Assembly: GCA_022605425.2 (NCBI GenBank)
Contig: JAKIMF020000005.1
Span: forward strand, 1,116,001-1,180,000
Direction of reading: 5' to 3'
Length of the DNA: 64,000 nt
Source of the DNA: Hamiltosporidium tvaerminnensis FI-OER-3-3
Lineage: Eukaryota; Fungi; Microsporidia
Under the pieces are notes generated by a model. That model saw only the letters and a list, made by a program, of their open reading frames with translations. It did not search any database and had not been told where the DNA came from. Below, piece by piece: positions 60,130 to 64,000 of this stretch; position 1 is the stretch's first letter, and each line of letters opens with the position of its first letter. The translations under genes were made by a program, and so were the position numbers.

Positions 60130-63100
60130 TTTATTTAATAAAATTCTGGGTTAAAATATTTTTAACATTTTTATATGTTTTCTTCTACCTCTTTAACCAC
60201 TATTGTTTCTTCTTCCAAATCCGACTCTTCATTTATGTTATTGGTCGGTTCCTCCAGTGGTTCCTCCTTGTGAATAAGGGGTGTATTATTTTTTGGTTTT
60301 AAAATTTTAACACCATCTTCCTCTCTTTCGCTTCTTTTAAGGGGTATTGGTTCCTCTGCATCTCTGATCTCATAATAACACCCATTGACGCTCTCTCCCA
60401 GCTCTCTTCGCATTTAGTCCTGACTAGTCCTCTTCGTCGATCAAGGAAATTGTTTCGACTGTTTTCTTAGTACTTAGACTGAATGTATGCCTCTACATTC
60501 TGGGTATTTCTAGTCTTTTAAGATGGATTTATGGTATTTTGTCACAATACCGTCCCAGGTCATCACATAGGGATTATCTCACACTACACTTATAAATAAG
60601 ACCCAACTCATTGGCTCGGTCATACTTCCTAGTTTTTCAGTTTCAACTATTTGAAGTGAATCTTGGGAAGTGATTCCTACTTCATGAGTGTTATCTTATT
60701 CTTCTTCTTATCTAAAATAAATATGTCCGGTCTGTTATTCCGAATTTTAACATCGTTTTAATTCTGGTGTCCACTCTTATCTCTGCATACTCATTATCGA
60801 ATTTCTTGAACTGAGTGGCTCCTTATTCGTTTTGAAGACTTAAACTTATATCTATTTAAGAGAGGTGTAGGCATCTGACCACTTCTTATGCCGTCTAGTG
60901 TAATCATGGCCTAGCATTTTTCGCATCTAGTTGTAGATGATCCAAGTCTTACCGACTTCCCGCAATGTTGACACACACCATCTGCTCCCCAGAATCATTT
61001 CTATCCTGGATATAGCGAACACAGCTTCATTTCGTGGCCTAATATTTCCTCTCTTTAGCCACCTTGAAGAGTCACTAACACTCCAGCTCATTTTTCTTGC
61101 ATTATATACTTTGAATGGGTTTTCGTTTTTCTATTTCGTTATATAGTTTTGGTTGAGCTTCTTCTAAACTTTTCTTAGTGACTTCTTCTACCAACCTGTA
61201 CTTTACTTTTAAAGCCTTTTATTAGTGCAAGATGGGTTTTATTATTATTCTCCACCTTGAGGATTGCTGCTCGTTGTTGATATTTCTTTACTTTTTCCAG
61301 ACAATCCGAGTTGCGAAGCATATGTTCGCTTCTCAACTCAACACTATGTAGGCCTCTTCAGTTCTGTTCTAGGAAGATACAACCGCTCTTTACATCCTGG
61401 GCGGAGATGTATCTTTTTAACCAACACCGCACGCACTGCATCATCTAACTTAGAAGTCAGCCGGTTCAAGTCGAGTACTCCTATGTGGTAGTTGATTAAC
61501 GATATCGCATGTTGATTGATTGCGAAAATAAATTTTTGCATTTAATCTAGTGTGACAAGTCTTTCAACTCTTGTATAAGTTTGCTCTGTACTTCTTCAAT
61601 GAGCTACTGTTGGGATTCCTCTGTGTCTTCTATTATTCCTAAATATTTGTAAACACTAACACCTTCTAAGGTAGCAGTATCTTCACAACACGTATCATTT
61701 GTGGCTGACTTCTCTTTGTTAATCTCTAGCCAATCACCTCTAAAATTCCTTTGCCTGCCTGTCATAGCACTCAATGTGGAGCTGTCTTTTGCAGGAGCTT
61801 AAGATCATCAATAAACGAGATGATTAGTAGATGGGATTCTGCATCTGTTTGTACTGTCACTTTTGTGTATTTTTCATTAAGCTTTCGGCTTAATGGATCC
61901 ATACACAACACAATAACAAGGTGACAGACTATCTCCTTGTAGAATCCCTCTATCAATCTTCTTGCTCATGATTTTTTCGCCCTACTGGTATATCAATTTT
62001 CCATTTTGATATAATTACCTTAATAAATTTCGGATCCAATCGGTATTAAGGTTTTCATGCATTGGTTAAATAAGCATGATCTATTGAATCATGCTTTTTA
62101 ACATCAATCCATGTTGCCTTAGATTATTTCCATACTCTTTATTTAAGGCATATTCGTGAGCCTGCTTTTCGCTCCCTGCACACCTCTTACCGCCCCTAAT
62201 TGGTTCTCTGCAGCAACCCTCGCCTTTCCACTTCAGTTGAACGACCTTTGTTACACACTTTGTCGTTAACTTGTAGGGTTGGACATACAAGTGATTGGCC
62301 TGTAGTCGAGCCTCTTCGTGAATTCCTTTCGGTATCAATACGTAAGCCCGCAGTAAAACCAATCGCTTGAGGTGTTCCTTCTAACATATAACTTTCCAAT
62401 ATCATAAGATATTTGTGAAGAGTTGTAAGTTTCTTATGAAAAATTGTAAATACCATCATTCCGCAGCTTTCCAATTGAAGCCAATTAATGATATTTACAA
62501 ATTCATCAGTGAAGGAAACGTGGTCGGATGATTATCTGATACAAATGGAATCAAATAATCATCGTACGTGACTGTGTCATCATTTTGTTCCACATTGTAG
62601 ACCAAAACTCACATTTCATCACGGCTAACCACATGCTCAATTTCTACACGCTCAGATAACCCACGATAAAATCGACCTCGAAAGCTCAACATCGATTCTC
62701 TTTCGAATTGCTTCCTACTTTCTGTCTATTTTTCTCGTAAACATTCAAGACTCATTCTTCTTAACTAAAGCCTCGAAAGATCGTTACGCTGCTCAGTTTA
62801 ATTAAACTCTCGCTGATTTTCTTAGGCTCTTCGTTTCCAGTGGTTTTCCTGCTTACCGCCTTCTCGAAGATCTTTGGAAAGTACTAACTTAGAAATTTTA
62901 CTTTCTATGTTTTCCTTCCAAGCGGATCTAGGCTTTTCTTTGCGTGTTGCCTCTCTAGCATACCTGCGCAGCTTGCATGATATACGCGGCTTCCGTAATT
63001 GACTCAGGTACATGAGCTCCTGCATATTCACCGACTACTCGATTAATGAGATCCGAACTTTACTATCAACCAATTCATTTGGATGTTTTCTAGTTCGGAC

Positions 63101-63736
63101 CACCACTTTTCCAATTTCGTTCTCGAGATTTCTTTGATTTTACTCAGAATTTATCTCTCGGTTTATGTACTCCGTGGTGTCGGTCAGGTGCATGTATCAG
63201 CGAGACAAGTGGCGATTCTACGTCGCTCTCCATTCTCTTCTGATTTTACATCCTTTCCCATCTCACTTTGTGCCAATTTTTAACACTTCGAGTTTCTGCA
63301 GCCGAATTTCTCATTTAGTACCTGTGAAGCTCTGTCCAGCCATTTCTTGGCATTCTTTCAAACCTTGTCTGTACTGCAAAAAAAAAACAATTCGAGGCCA
63401 TTCCTTCGGGTCGGCTGTTACGGAATCGAATATCGTCCGCATGCCATTAGCCTGTTACCTTCTGAATGCTGGTACGGCTTGTCTGTCGTACTGGCTCGCA
63501 CGCGAGACTTCAACCGAAGAGGGAACTGTGCATTGGCGAGGTGGTGTCGCCCACTATTTTGTTTTACTGCATGTTTGGCTTTGTGGGTGTTATTGTTGTT
63601 GGGAGGAAGGTGGAATCGCCGTGGTGTAGCTTACTTTTGTATCTCCTATCACTTTTTCACCTCATCAGCGTCGTTTGCAGCCTTTATTTTGGTATTATTC
63701 GATATTTCGCTGCTAACATTTTTCTTTCTACCCATA
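60130..63736 (-). mobile_element. Second full-length R4/Dong-like copy, fragmented by dense 1-bp deletions
   Basis: Near-identical to 5593-9394 from end to end; TSD ttaaatttctaa at 60118-60129 and 63737-63748. Confidence 0.93.
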
Positions 63737-63933
63737 TTAAATTTCTAAAACTATAAAATCTTACAAATAAATTTAAATATAAATTAAAATTTCTTCTTAA
63801 AAATTTTCTACTTTTCTTATCTTTAAAAACCCCCTTTTTAATTTTCGAACCAATAAGTTTCAAAGATTTGAAACAAAATTTGCAATTTTTTTTTTAAAAA
63901 AAGAATATAAAAAGAAAAAAAAATCACCCTTCA

Positions 63934-64000
63934 ATGATTTATTCACGTCGTAAACCGTACAACCCCACTTGTGACAATTGTAGCGAGTCACAGTTTGTTA
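63934..64000 (+). CDS. 5' end of a gene with an N-terminal CxxC, possibly a TFIIB-type Zn ribbon; truncated by the window edge
   Basis: CCC at 63927-63929, then MIYSRRKPYNPTCDNCSESQFV. Confidence 0.45.
   Translation, partial: MIYSRRKPYNPTCDNCSESQFV

Overview
AT-rich eukaryotic DNA with no introns evident. It looks like a large-genome microsporidian (Hamiltosporidium-like, by inference): CCC motifs sit just upstream of ATGs, core genes are shrunken, there are LEGV/HPVN-type low-complexity inserts, and an expanded LRR-like family is present. Roughly 1-47 kb is an accessory, TE-rich zone. It holds R4/Dong-like RLE retrotransposons (one intact), degraded RTE LINEs, a Tc1 relic, one intact and several broken LRR-like genes, and three copies of a small membrane-protein gene. 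Roughly 47-59 kb is a minus-strand core cluster: degenerate DBP9, CDT2-like WD40, SND2/TMEM208, INTS2-like, SAC3 and ERV2. A second, deletion-riddled R4 copy follows. Main observations: (1) an unannotated ~715-nt non-coding repeat with many predicted stems, present as four related pieces; (2) TSDs show the R4-like element starts at its ATG, with a 0-1 nt leader, in two independent insertions; (3) three TSD-flanked ~230-bp SINE-like elements made of the RTE 5' UTR plus 3' tail; (4) an orphan UBA1 C-terminal fragment abutting an RTE 3' end; (5) a TSD-flanked 70-bp tandem array of the R4 3' end. All homology calls were made by eye; no searches were run. No tRNA, rRNA or CRISPR was recognised.
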